A stretch of DNA of 64,000 nt. Origin: Patescibacteria group bacterium. GTDB lineage: Bacteria > Patescibacteriota > Patescibacteriia > 2-01-FULL-39-33. The DNA lies in assembly GCA_041671305.1 (NCBI GenBank), contig JBAZBX010000001.1, positions 40,821-104,820 of the forward strand, given 5' to 3'. Both the position numbers and the translations under genes were made by a program. The notes under the pieces are model-generated. The model ran no database searches, was not told where the DNA came from, and saw only the letters and a program-made list of their open reading frames with translations. Of this stretch, positions 17,785 through 27,176 are shown one piece after another. Positions within the stretch are counted from its first letter, which is position 1. Each line of letters begins with the position of its first letter.

Positions 17785-18768
17785 TTGTATAATATTTATA
17801 TGAGTAAAAATATTGCCATACGTCCAGAGCACAGAAATATTTCCAACCTTCAATCCACGGCTGGCAAGTTGAGTTGGATAAATATTACTAATGCCAAAAC
17901 CAAGGAAATTGATTATTTAAAACGTAAATTTAAATTTTTGGATTGCGATCTCAAAGATACTCATTCCAAAAGAATTTCTCAACGCCCCAAATTTTATGTG
18001 AGAAACAATTATTGTTTTCTCATACTCCAATTTCCTATCTATAATCCCAAAACCAGGACCATAGACGCCGAAGAAATAGATTTTTTTATCGGCTCTGACT
18101 ATATTATTTCTATTCATAGAGACGTCTTGCCTCCATTGGTTGAGCTCTTCAACAAATGCAGTAACGATCGCTTTTTTAAGGATCAATACCTCAACAGTAC
18201 GAATTCAATCCTGTTGTATGAAATTCTTACCCGCCTTCATGAATATTGCTATCCCATATTGGATCACATCAGCCTGGATATCAAAAATTTAGAAGGCAAC
18301 ATTTTTACTGGCAGAGAGCGCCGAATGGTGACAGAAATCCTTTTTATCAGAAGAAATCTATTGAATTTCCGAAAAATGATGCAGCCGCACAAAACCATTA
18401 TTCAAAAAATAGCCAAAAAAGAAATTTCTTTCTTGTCCATGACCGGCAGCAAGGAATATTTTGACGATCTCATAGAAAACACCAAGGATATTTGGGATAA
18501 TTTAAACAGCCAAAAGGAAACATTGGAAGCGCTTGAAGACACCAACACCTCGCTGGTCTCTTTCAAGCTAAACGATATTATGCGCACGCTGACTATTTTC
18601 TCGGTCATAATTTTTCCGCTTACCCTCTTTGCTGGTATTTTCAGCATGGGTATTCGCGGTGGCATGCCTTTTTCAGAATCACCTTATGGTTTTTGGATTA
18701 TAATAGGAATTATGGCCATGGGAGCTATTACCATGTTTGTTTTCTTCAAAAAAAGAAAATGGATGTAA
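17785..18768 (+). CDS. corA: CorA-family Mg2+ transporter (start may be 17800)
   Basis: Two C-terminal TMs, LNDIMRTLT...PLTLFAGIFSMG (variant of GMN). Confidence 0.85.
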   Translation: MYNIYMSKNIAIRPEHRNISNLQSTAGKLSWINITNAKTKEIDYLKRKFKFLDCDLKDTHSKRISQRPKFYVRNNYCFLILQFPIYNPKTRTIDAEEIDFFIGSDYIISIHRDVLPPLVELFNKCSNDRFFKDQYLNSTNSILLYEILTRLHEYCYPILDHISLDIKNLEGNIFTGRERRMVTEILFIRRNLLNFRKMMQPHKTIIQKIAKKEISFLSMTGSKEYFDDLIENTKDIWDNLNSQKETLEALEDTNTSLVSFKLNDIMRTLTIFSVIIFPLTLFAGIFSMGIRGGMPFSESPYGFWIIIGIMAMGAITMFVFFKKRKWM

Positions 18769-18779
18769 ATTGTTAATTC

Positions 18780-18808
18780 AAAAAACCGCCTTTTGGGCGG
18801 ATTTTTTT
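18780..18808. terminator. Bidirectional terminator
   Basis: AAAAAACCGCC-TTTTG-GGCGGATTTTTTT. Confidence 0.8.
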
Positions 18809-19430
18809 ATTCCTTTTCTGGATGTTTTGTAATTATCATTCTGTAATCTCTGCCGGGAACTGATTCCAACACAATATCGGCCTGTTCCCTAAAATCAGAA
18901 ATTATTTTTCTGAATGTTTTATCCTCTTGCAATAGAGAGAGTATAGGATAAAAATAAGCACTCCCACCTGGCTTAAGAGTTCGAATAACTTCACTAAAAG
19001 TATCCCTATATTCCTGCTCATGCGTCTGCAAAAAAAACGGTATTGCCAAATAAGATATTTCAAAGTCAAAAGTATCATCTTTAAATGGCATTTCCTGCAC
19101 TAATCCAGATATGACATCGCCATGATGCTTCTTTCTTTCGTTAGAACTAAATAATGTGCCCAAGGCTGGATTTAAAGATATCACCTCAATGCCGTGCTTT
19201 TCCGCCTCTTTGGAAAATACGCCCTCTGACCCGGAGCCAATATCTAATCCACACATACCCTTCATATCGTCGATTGGTAAATTAAGTATTTCACGAGTCT
19301 CCTCAAAGGACCAATTTGTTTGGGCTTCTCTTCTTTTAAGCGGATCCTTGAAATCTTCAATCCGAGTCTTTCTATTAAATGGCTTTTCTTCGTTGGTAGC
19401 TAAAAAACTAGTCTCTCTATTTTCTATCAT
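18807..19430 (-). CDS. Class I SAM-dependent methyltransferase
   Basis: LDIGSG, MPFKDDTFD, RTLKPGG. Confidence 0.85.
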   Translation of the reverse strand: MIENRETSFLATNEEKPFNRKTRIEDFKDPLKRREAQTNWSFEETREILNLPIDDMKGMCGLDIGSGSEGVFSKEAEKHGIEVISLNPALGTLFSSNERKKHHGDVISGLVQEMPFKDDTFDFEISYLAIPFFLQTHEQEYRDTFSEVIRTLKPGGSAYFYPILSLLQEDKTFRKIISDFREQADIVLESVPGRDYRMIITKHPEKE

Positions 19431-20497
19431 ATATTTTTACAAACATTTTTTATATCTTTCAACGACTCCACTGTCACGAGCTGACTTCGCAATTCCTTGG
19501 CATTTTCCCAGCCCTTCACATACCACAGCAGATGTTTTCTCAACTCTATTATACCATGAGTGTCTTTGGATTTAAATGCCGCTTCGGCGTGCTGGATTAT
19601 GACCTTCTTAATTTTGGCTTTATCAAATTTCTGATATTTTCCCGTATTTAGATAATCCTTGATCTGCTTAAATATCCAAGGCTTGCCATAAACTCCGCGA
19701 GCAATGCCGAATCCATCAACTCCGGTTTTTTCCCACATGATTTTTGCATCCATAGGAACATTTATGCCACCATTTCCAAGTACTATGCCTGGAAATTCTT
19801 TTTTGATCTTTTTTATCATCTCATAATCAATCTCGGCATTAAACGGATTTTCATACGGCCGGCCGTGAATCATAATGGCGGAAATATTTAATCCTTTCAT
19901 TTTTTTGACAAAATCAAGCGCGGTTATAATCTTATTATCTTTTTTATAATTGTCATCCCGAGGGAGGATGTAATCAGCCGACCGTGGGGATCCCGCGGGA
20001 TTGCCACACTTCGCCCTTGAGGGCTCGCTCGCAATGACATTGATACTAGATCTTATTTTGACAGAAACTGGCAATTTTGTCCCCGAGAGAACCGCTTCTA
20101 CTATTTCTCTACATTTTTCTAAATCTCGCATCAAAGTCACCCCACCGCCATGTCCAGCAACTTTCTTGGCTGGACAGCCAAAATTAATGTCTATGCCATC
20201 AAAACCGGCCTTTTCTGCCAGTTGTGCCGCCTTAGTAAATTTCTCCGGATGTTTACCGAATAATTGAATTACAATCGGACGTTCATCTTTGGAAAATTTT
20301 AAAAATTCCAAAGTCTTTTTGGAATCATAGTGCAAACCGTCGGCCGAAACCATTTCCGTATAAACCACATCAGCGCCGTATTTCCTGCAGATTTGGCGAA
20401 AAGCCGAATCAGTCACTCCCGCCATAGGAGCAAGCGCTAGAATTGGTTTTTTCTTTAGTCCGCCTGTGGCAGAAAGTTTTGACCAAAAATTTTTCAT
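19427..20497 (-). CDS. dusB: tRNA-dihydrouridine synthase (DusB-like)
   Basis: LAPMAGVTD, IDINFGCP, IHGR, GNGG. Confidence 0.9.
   Translation of the reverse strand: MKNFWSKLSATGGLKKKPILALAPMAGVTDSAFRQICRKYGADVVYTEMVSADGLHYDSKKTLEFLKFSKDERPIVIQLFGKHPEKFTKAAQLAEKAGFDGIDINFGCPAKKVAGHGGGVTLMRDLEKCREIVEAVLSGTKLPVSVKIRSSINVIASEPSRAKCGNPAGSPRSADYILPRDDNYKKDNKIITALDFVKKMKGLNISAIMIHGRPYENPFNAEIDYEMIKKIKKEFPGIVLGNGGINVPMDAKIMWEKTGVDGFGIARGVYGKPWIFKQIKDYLNTGKYQKFDKAKIKKVIIQHAEAAFKSKDTHGIIELRKHLLWYVKGWENAKELRSQLVTVESLKDIKNVCKNI
19951..20039. repeat. Palindromic REP-like insertion read in frame within dusB
   Basis: TGTCAT...ATGACA termini; GC-rich; encodes VIASEPSRAKCGNPAGSPRSADYILPRDD. Confidence 0.75.
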
Positions 20498-20579
20498 TAT
20501 TATATATTGACAGAATATTTAATTTAAAATAAGGTAAATTATAGTACACTTAACAATTCACCCTGAGGGAGAAAAAAAC

Positions 20580-20741
20580 ATGAAATCTGTTCCATGGGAC
20601 TTCAAACTTATGCTGGGATTTTTGGGATTATTTCTCCTGGTCATTATAGTACAGGAGGCATGGGAGCTTATCCACATCCCGTGGGTTTACAACCTGCTCA
20701 TGAGAATAGGCGAAGGTTTGTCGGCTCTCAATCGCAGTTAA
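20580..20741 (+). CDS. Orphan 53-aa membrane peptide (MKSVPWDFKLMLGFLGLFLLVIIVQEAWEL...)
   Basis: GAGGGAG SD; hairpin plus T-tract at about 20768-20803. Confidence 0.6.
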   Translation: MKSVPWDFKLMLGFLGLFLLVIIVQEAWELIHIPWVYNLLMRIGEGLSALNRS

Positions 20742-20802
20742 ATCTGCGGCCACACGACGACAACTTGCACCTGGAGCGACACCCTCTCGCTTCCGGTGCT
20801 TT

Positions 20803-22170
20803 TTATTTTTTCTTCAAATTATACCCTTCGGGAGTATCTTCAATAATATATCCGAGTTTATTTATCTCATCTCTTAACTCATCAGATTTCTTAAAATCCT
20901 TGGACTTCTTCGCTTCTATTCTCTGTTCGGCTAGATCAGTTACTTTTTGAGGGATTTCTTCTATCTCAATTTTATCCAAATTTAATCCTAAAACTCTATC
21001 AAAATCCAAAAGTGTGGCTTTCTTGTCTTCGTCGGCAATATCGCTTTTTATAACCTCCCAAACCAAGGCCATCACCTGTGGCATCGCCAAATCATCATTT
21101 ATTAATCCAATAAATTTATTCTGAAATTCTTTATTAATTTTTCCTACCTTATCAATTCCCGCTACAAAATCATTCAACTTCATTCTGGCTGTCTTGGCGC
21201 CTTCAAGCCCTGCCCAAGTGAAGTTCAATTGGCTACGATAATGCGATGTTAAAAATAAATATCTTAAATCAAGAGCCACGAAGCCTTTTTCTTCCAAATC
21301 CTGCAACCGATAAAAATTATTTTTTGACTTGCTCATTTTTTCACCTTCAACCATCAAAAATCTAGTGTGAAACCAATAATCAACAAACTTGACCCCATTA
21401 GCGCACTCGCTTTGAGCAATTTCACATTCATGATGCGGAAAAATATTATCCTCACCGCCAGTATGAACATCAAAGGTTTTTCCCAAATACTTCATGGACA
21501 TAGCACTACATTCAATATGCCAACCAGGAAATCCTTTATGGCCGAATGCATCCCACTCCATCTGTCTTTTTTCACCCTCAGCTGAAAATTTCCATAATGC
21601 AAAATCGGTTGGATTTTTCTTTTCCGGATTAATCTCCACTCTGGCGCCTTCTTTCAATTTATCCAAAGTATTGCCAGATAATTGGCCATATTGTGAAAAC
21701 TTACTAGTATCAAAATAAATACCGTCGGATGTTTGATATCCATAACCCTTATCAATCAAGACTTGGACTAATTCAATCATTTCTTGAATGTGATCAGTCG
21801 CCTTGCAAATTACATTCGGTTCCAAAAAATTCAACTTTTTTCTATTGGCCAAATAAATCTCAGTAAAATATTCAGCAATTTCATGAGCGCTTTTACCGCC
21901 AGCTTTGGCCGCTTTTTCCAATTTATCCTCACCTGTATCGCCATCAGAAGTTAAGTGCCCCACATCGGTAATATTCATTACGTGCCCAACATTATATCCG
22001 CTATATTCAAAGACACGACGCAAAATATCGGAATTAAAATAATTCCAAGCGTGCCCCAAATGATCATAGCTATAAACGGTCGGACCGCAAGTATACATGC
22101 CAACCTGGCCTTTTTTGAGCGGTTTAAAGTCTTCTTTCTTTCTACTTAAGGTATTGTAAATCTGAAGCAT
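20803..22170 (-). CDS. cysS: Cysteine--tRNA ligase
   Basis: CGPTVY, HLGH, PGWHIECSAM, KMSKS. Confidence 0.97.
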   Translation of the reverse strand: MLQIYNTLSRKKEDFKPLKKGQVGMYTCGPTVYSYDHLGHAWNYFNSDILRRVFEYSGYNVGHVMNITDVGHLTSDGDTGEDKLEKAAKAGGKSAHEIAEYFTEIYLANRKKLNFLEPNVICKATDHIQEMIELVQVLIDKGYGYQTSDGIYFDTSKFSQYGQLSGNTLDKLKEGARVEINPEKKNPTDFALWKFSAEGEKRQMEWDAFGHKGFPGWHIECSAMSMKYLGKTFDVHTGGEDNIFPHHECEIAQSECANGVKFVDYWFHTRFLMVEGEKMSKSKNNFYRLQDLEEKGFVALDLRYLFLTSHYRSQLNFTWAGLEGAKTARMKLNDFVAGIDKVGKINKEFQNKFIGLINDDLAMPQVMALVWEVIKSDIADEDKKATLLDFDRVLGLNLDKIEIEEIPQKVTDLAEQRIEAKKSKDFKKSDELRDEINKLGYIIEDTPEGYNLKKK

Positions 22171-22311
22171 ATTTGATTTTTATTAATTAAACTAATTTTA
22201 GAATTTTTTGGGCTTTTTGGCAAGTTTTGTCAAATAAAAAGAAGGCTTGAGTAAGGATTATCGTCTCCAATACTCAAGCCTCAAAAAGGGGGCTACCAGC
22301 GGATTATCCAC

Positions 22312-22692
22312 CTACCTCACTGCCAGCTCGTGAGCCGGCCGTTGTGCTTTGTGATACATCCCAGTCATCACCTTCTCTCCGTCCGTCAAGCTGCACACAG
22401 CACACAGCACATACTTCGGGAAAATTTGACTTCCCCTGAATTGTCCACACGCATCACAAAGTTCCATTGCAGCCCGAAGATTGGCCTGAGCATGCTCCTT
22501 TGCTCCCTCCGAGCCAAATTCAACTATCCACTGAGCTGCCCGACGCAACCGAGAGTTATTGATACAGGGATCTTCAACGCCGTCCCTGTCCGGACTATTC
22601 AATAGCTCCTCCGCCTTGTCCAAACAACCAAGAACTCCGCGCGCGTCTTGAATGCGCTTCTGTTTCTCATCACAACAAACCAACTCCGACAT
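22312..22692 (-). CDS. Orphan Cys-rich hypothetical protein (CDAC...CAVC)
   Basis: AAGGAG SD, promoter near 22917-22890, downstream hairpin 22244-22281. Confidence 0.65.
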   Translation of the reverse strand: MSELVCCDEKQKRIQDARGVLGCLDKAEELLNSPDRDGVEDPCINNSRLRRAAQWIVEFGSEGAKEHAQANLRAAMELCDACGQFRGSQIFPKYVLCAVCSLTDGEKVMTGMYHKAQRPAHELAVR

Positions 22693-22936
22693 GTTTCATT
22701 CTCCTTCCAACGTCTGAACCCTAAAATGTACGACACAAAACAAAAAATCAGCTCCGACCGACAGGGTGGGCTGACTGACTCTCTTATCTAAATTCTTCTA
22801 GACAACGTCAATACTTCCACCCCTGGGCAAGAGTAGCAACAAGCCTAACAAATTTTGAGTGAAAGTTTTATTCATATACTTATATAAGTATAATAGCAAA
22901 TATATCAGAAAAGTCAAATACCTTCTTTATCTCAAA

Positions 22937-23128
22937 GCCACTTTTCTAGAAAAGTGGCGCAAAAGTCGCAAGCAGACAAAATCATGGCCAAATTTTCTCT
23001 GCATTCGCTAAGCCACATGCGCCACTGCTGTGGCTATATGTTGGCTTTTAACGCTCATGCTTAGAGAAAATTGGCACCCGCCCGAACGTACCGTTCGGTA
23101 CGGGCGGGCAATATTTTGTAATGCTTGC
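22937..23128. repeat. Nested palindromic intergenic element
   Basis: 22-bp palindrome GCCACTTTTCTAGAAAAGTGGC, GCAAGCA/TGCTTGC, and a CCCGCCCG...CGGGCGGG hairpin. Confidence 0.6.
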
Positions 23129-23211
23129 ATGGGTGCAGAAAGTTGAATTTGAATAAAAACCCGCACCCTAAATCGATGGGTGCGGACTGTAACGCGTGTT
23201 GAAATGTTTCA

Positions 23212-23553
23212 CTATTGGGCGAAGAAAGCCTTGCGGATTTTCCGTCCCACGGAGGAAAGTATCTTCTCGAGATCATGGGGCATGTCTTCACAGGACATAG
23301 TGAGGGCAAAATAATTTCCGCTCTTCTGCTCGATGAAGCTTTCAAGATTGATTGACTCGCCATTGTTTGTCATGGAGTCAAGGGCGAGTTTGATTTTTGC
23401 CCAATTTTCCATATTTTGCGGATGCAGTTCGAAATACATGATCCATTTATCCGCACTTGGGCGCCTGGAAGCTGCAACGACTCGCCACTCTTCAGATCCG
23501 CCCACACTACAGACGGGAGCTATCCTCAAATTGCCAATTTTTCGTATTCGCAT
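23212..23553 (-). CDS. Orphan hypothetical protein, 113 aa
   Basis: AAGGAGG SD before ATG 23553; TTGACA at 23705; terminator CCGCACCC...GGGTGCGG-T at 23185-23154. Confidence 0.65.
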   Translation of the reverse strand: MRIRKIGNLRIAPVCSVGGSEEWRVVAASRRPSADKWIMYFELHPQNMENWAKIKLALDSMTNNGESINLESFIEQKSGNYFALTMSCEDMPHDLEKILSSVGRKIRKAFFAQ

Positions 23554-23768
23554 CGCTTGTTCCTCCTTTGGTTGTGCGACGGAATCTCGTATGTTTTGAG
23601 AGCACGGCTGCTCTAAGGAACTATTCCTCGGAAAAGCAGTTAATTTAACGACCTTACCGAGAAATGGTTTCATATTATAATATAATAAATTTAGACAAAT
23701 GTCAAAATTCTCGTAAGTTGTAATTAAATATTTTTATATTATGTATTTTTTAAAAAGCACAAATATCT

Positions 23769-23946
23769 AAGCAAGATTGGGGTTTGGGGGAAGCACCTTT
23801 CGCCAAAGCGCGAGTGTAAGCCGAACCTCAGCCAGCAGGATGAGGTGAGCGAAACGAAGCGCGACTAAGCAAGATAAAGAACACTCCGAGCATAAGGCGA
23901 AATTGCGTCCCCCAAAAGCTTTGGTCCTTTCGCTTACGAAAGGACA
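23769..23946 (+). repeat. Structured intergenic repeat, copy 2
   Basis: Near-identical to 13330-13508. Confidence 0.9.
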
Positions 23947-24019
23947 GAAGAAATATTTGACCAAATCCGGAAACCATTGATATAATTAACTAGATTTAGT
24001 TAATAATCCATTATTCATT

Positions 24020-24928
24020 ATGCCAGTAAACGTCCCCGACAGTCTCCCAGCCGTAGGAATCCTAAAAAAGGAAAATATTTTTGTCATGGAGCAATCACGC
24101 GCCTCACATCAAGATATTCGTCCACTACGTATTGCCATTGTAAATATCATGCCTCTCAAATTAGTCACGGAAACACAACTTCTGCGCCAGCTTTCTAATT
24201 CCCCGCTTCAAGTGGAAATTGACTTGGTTCATATGGCCGAACACCAGTCCAAAAACACTCCCAAAGAACATTTGGATTTTTTCTACAAAACATTTGATCA
24301 AATCAAAAATCAGAAATACGACGGCCTGATTATTACCGGCGCGCCAGTGGAAATGATAAATTTTGAGGAAGTTGATTATTGGCCGGGCATCACAAAAATA
24401 ATGGAATGGAGCAAAACCAACGTGACTTCTACACTCCACATCTGCTGGAGCGCGCAAGCCGGATTATATTATCATTACGGAATCAACAAACATCCCCTGG
24501 AGGAGAAAATGTTCGGGGTTTTCTGGCACAAAGTCAATGATTCAAAATGTTTGCTGATGAGAGGATTTGATGATCAATTTCTGGCGCCTCACTCCAGACA
24601 TACTGGCCTAGACCGTAATGATATTATAAATAATAAAAACATTAAGCTTGTCGCCGAGTCAATTGAAGCTGGGCCGTACATTATTGTATCGCGCGATCAT
24701 AAACAAATCTTTGTGACTGGACACAGCGAATATGACGCGCTCACCCTCAAAGGAGAATATAATAGAGACATTGAAAGAGGATTAAACATAAATATTCCCA
24801 ACAATTATTTTCCTAATGACGATCCGACCAGACAGCCGGAAGTGCTTTGGCGCTCTCATGCCAATCTGCTTTTTTCCAATTGGCTTAATTATTACGTTTA
24901 TCAAGAAACTCCATTTGATTGGAGTTAA
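24020..24928 (+). CDS. metA: Homoserine O-acyltransferase, MetA family (probably acetyltransferase)
   Basis: QDIRPL, ITGAPVE (E at the specificity position), ICWSAQA, PHSR, GHSEY. Confidence 0.93.
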   Translation: MPVNVPDSLPAVGILKKENIFVMEQSRASHQDIRPLRIAIVNIMPLKLVTETQLLRQLSNSPLQVEIDLVHMAEHQSKNTPKEHLDFFYKTFDQIKNQKYDGLIITGAPVEMINFEEVDYWPGITKIMEWSKTNVTSTLHICWSAQAGLYYHYGINKHPLEEKMFGVFWHKVNDSKCLLMRGFDDQFLAPHSRHTGLDRNDIINNKNIKLVAESIEAGPYIIVSRDHKQIFVTGHSEYDALTLKGEYNRDIERGLNINIPNNYFPNDDPTRQPEVLWRSHANLLFSNWLNYYVYQETPFDWS

Positions 24929-24939
24929 ATTAAAAATAT

Positions 24940-25464
24940 ATGACCAAATCAATTGACTTGGAATTTGAAAAAGCAATACGATTTCTAGTTAAATATATGC
25001 CAGTTTCTGACAAGAATAGCCGAAAACCTATTTTAGCCCATGGTATCCGCGTTGGAGTTTATCTTTATGAAAATAATTATTCACAAGATATTATTATAGC
25101 TGGACTTTTACATGACACTATAGAATGGTCCAAAGCTAGCAAAGGTATAATAAAAAAAGAATTCGGCAATAATATAACTAAGCTGATTTTAGCCAACACT
25201 AAAAAAGATTCCATCATAGATAAAGAAGAAAAAACCAACGAACTTATCAAACGTTGCATTAAAAACGGCCAAGACGCTTTGATTGTCAAAACGGCTGATA
25301 TAATTGATAGTTTCAAATGGTATTCAAAACAGAATAATAAGGATCAGCTAGGATATTGCATGAGAAATGCCAATGCAATTCTTAAATTCAAACCGAGTAA
25401 TTTTCATGACAACATATTTGGCGAACTAAAAAAGTGGCAAAAAAAATTTAATAATCTAAGCTAA
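24940..25464 (+). CDS. HD-domain hydrolase (SpoT-hydrolase/Mesh1-like)
   Basis: H...V, AGLLHDTIE, VKTADIID. Confidence 0.75.
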   Translation: MTKSIDLEFEKAIRFLVKYMPVSDKNSRKPILAHGIRVGVYLYENNYSQDIIIAGLLHDTIEWSKASKGIIKKEFGNNITKLILANTKKDSIIDKEEKTNELIKRCIKNGQDALIVKTADIIDSFKWYSKQNNKDQLGYCMRNANAILKFKPSNFHDNIFGELKKWQKKFNNLS

Positions 25465-27000
25465 TTTCTCAATTACCGCTAATTTATAAATATACCCGCT
25501 CAGGAGCGCCTCCCAAGAGGCTTCTTCTATATTCTCTTTAACTCCAACGGTCTCCCAAGTGTGCTGTCCATCAGAAAATTGAATTAGTACTCTCACTTTG
25601 GCCGCCGTACCACGAAAAGCGTCAACCGTTCTCACACTGAAATCAACCAGCTTCAGATGATCAATTTTCTCAGTGTAGCCATTGAGCGACTGACGCAAAA
25701 CATTATCCAGAGCATTGACCGGGCCATCGCCAGAAGCATTGAGCCATTTCTCTTGTCCGTGGATATTTATTTTCAGACTGGCCACGCACTCGCTCCCCTC
25801 TCCTGATTCTTGCTTGTTGAGTATCTGCCACATATTAACTTTGAAATACTCCGGCAAACTACCCAGTTCTTTAATTAAAAACAAATGAAAGGAAGCGTCC
25901 GCCAACCCAAAATTAATTCCTTCATCAACTAAATTCTGATAATTTTTGGCAATCTCGCTGACCTTATCTTCTGGAATTTCTATGGCTAATTCCTGAGCCT
26001 TGGACAAAAGATTGGATTTGCCTGATTGCTCGGTAATTCCAGTAGTAGCAAAATTGCCAAACATCGCCGGATCAGCATGGAGATAACTGCCCGGATCTCT
26101 TTGCTGTCCGGATTCGTGCATGCCCGCCTCGGTATAAAAAGCGGCATCGCCCACGTATGGTTTCTTGGCATCGGGCACGGTATTGACACAGTCGCAAACT
26201 TGGAGGTAGACATCCTTGAGTTTGGCTAATTTTTCCTCGCCAAATCCTTGAGCTTCATGATCAAGGCACAAATTGGGAATTAGCGTCATCAAATCTAAAT
26301 TTCCAGTTCTCTCGCCGAAACCGCCCACCACGCCTTGAATGTGCCTCACGCCAGCCACCCAAGCGGCCTCAGCATTGGCCAGAGCGCGTCCACGGTCATT
26401 GTGAGTATGAATGCCCAACATTTCCATGGGAACGTGCTTGGCGGTCTCAGCTATGGCCTCAGCCACTTTCTCCGGCGTCATTTTGCCGTTGGTATCGCAA
26501 AGTACCAATCTAGTGACACCGCAATCCCAAGCGAGCTTCAAAACTTTCAAAGCATACTCTCTGTCGTCTTCAAAAAATGCTTGAAAATAATGCTCGGCGT
26601 CAAAAATTACTTCTATACTATTTTCTACTAATTTTTTGATTGATTCTCGGATCAAATCCAAATTTTCCTGAGCAGTTTTGAGTAATGATTTCTCCACATC
26701 CCTAAGCCTCACCTTGCCAACTAGCACACCGACTGGCACTTTCAGATCCAAAATAGCACCCACATCGGTCGCATGAGTCCGGCCAAAAGCAGCCACCTTG
26801 GCATTCAAATCCAATTCCAAAGCTTTTCTAATTCTTTCCTGAGCAGAAAAATTAGACGAAGCAAAGCCTAATTCTAAATACTTTACACCCAAATCATCAA
26901 TAGTCCTGATGGCGTGCATGGCGTCATCAATATTGGTCACTTCAATCCCCCTACCCTGTACTCCATCACGAAAAGTCGTGTCTAGAATTTCTAGATTCAT
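25456..27000 (-). CDS. cimA: Citramalate synthase
   Basis: DTTFRDG, FDAEHYF, LCDTNG, HTHND, GERTGN, GDGPVNALD regulatory domain; upstream Ile leader. Confidence 0.85.
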   Translation of the reverse strand: MNLEILDTTFRDGVQGRGIEVTNIDDAMHAIRTIDDLGVKYLELGFASSNFSAQERIRKALELDLNAKVAAFGRTHATDVGAILDLKVPVGVLVGKVRLRDVEKSLLKTAQENLDLIRESIKKLVENSIEVIFDAEHYFQAFFEDDREYALKVLKLAWDCGVTRLVLCDTNGKMTPEKVAEAIAETAKHVPMEMLGIHTHNDRGRALANAEAAWVAGVRHIQGVVGGFGERTGNLDLMTLIPNLCLDHEAQGFGEEKLAKLKDVYLQVCDCVNTVPDAKKPYVGDAAFYTEAGMHESGQQRDPGSYLHADPAMFGNFATTGITEQSGKSNLLSKAQELAIEIPEDKVSEIAKNYQNLVDEGINFGLADASFHLFLIKELGSLPEYFKVNMWQILNKQESGEGSECVASLKINIHGQEKWLNASGDGPVNALDNVLRQSLNGYTEKIDHLKLVDFSVRTVDAFRGTAAKVRVLIQFSDGQHTWETVGVKENIEEASWEALLSGYIYKLAVIEKLA

Positions 27001-27018
27001 AATTTTATTTTATAATTT

Positions 27019-27168
27019 AAAAAACCCACTCTTGCGAGTGGGCGATTGACTTTTAAGCAATTCAACACTTCCCACTCAAAAACTGGATAATAATAATGCT
27101 AATAATGTTTGTTCTTGTGGAATGCATAAATTTAAATAAATTATATACAAATATATCCAAAATGTCAA
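27019..27168 (-). promoter_or_regulatory. Ile-responsive transcription attenuator with promoter
   Basis: TTGACA-17-TATAAT, leader ORF, terminator CCCACTC-GCAA-GAGTGGG-T6, competing GAGTGGG in the leader. Confidence 0.85.
27062..27127 (-). CDS. Leader peptide MHSTRTNIISIIIIQFLSGKC
   Basis: Six Ile codons out of seven consecutive codons. Confidence 0.85.
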   Translation of the reverse strand: MHSTRTNIISIIIIQFLSGKC

Positions 27169-27176
27169 AAAATAAA

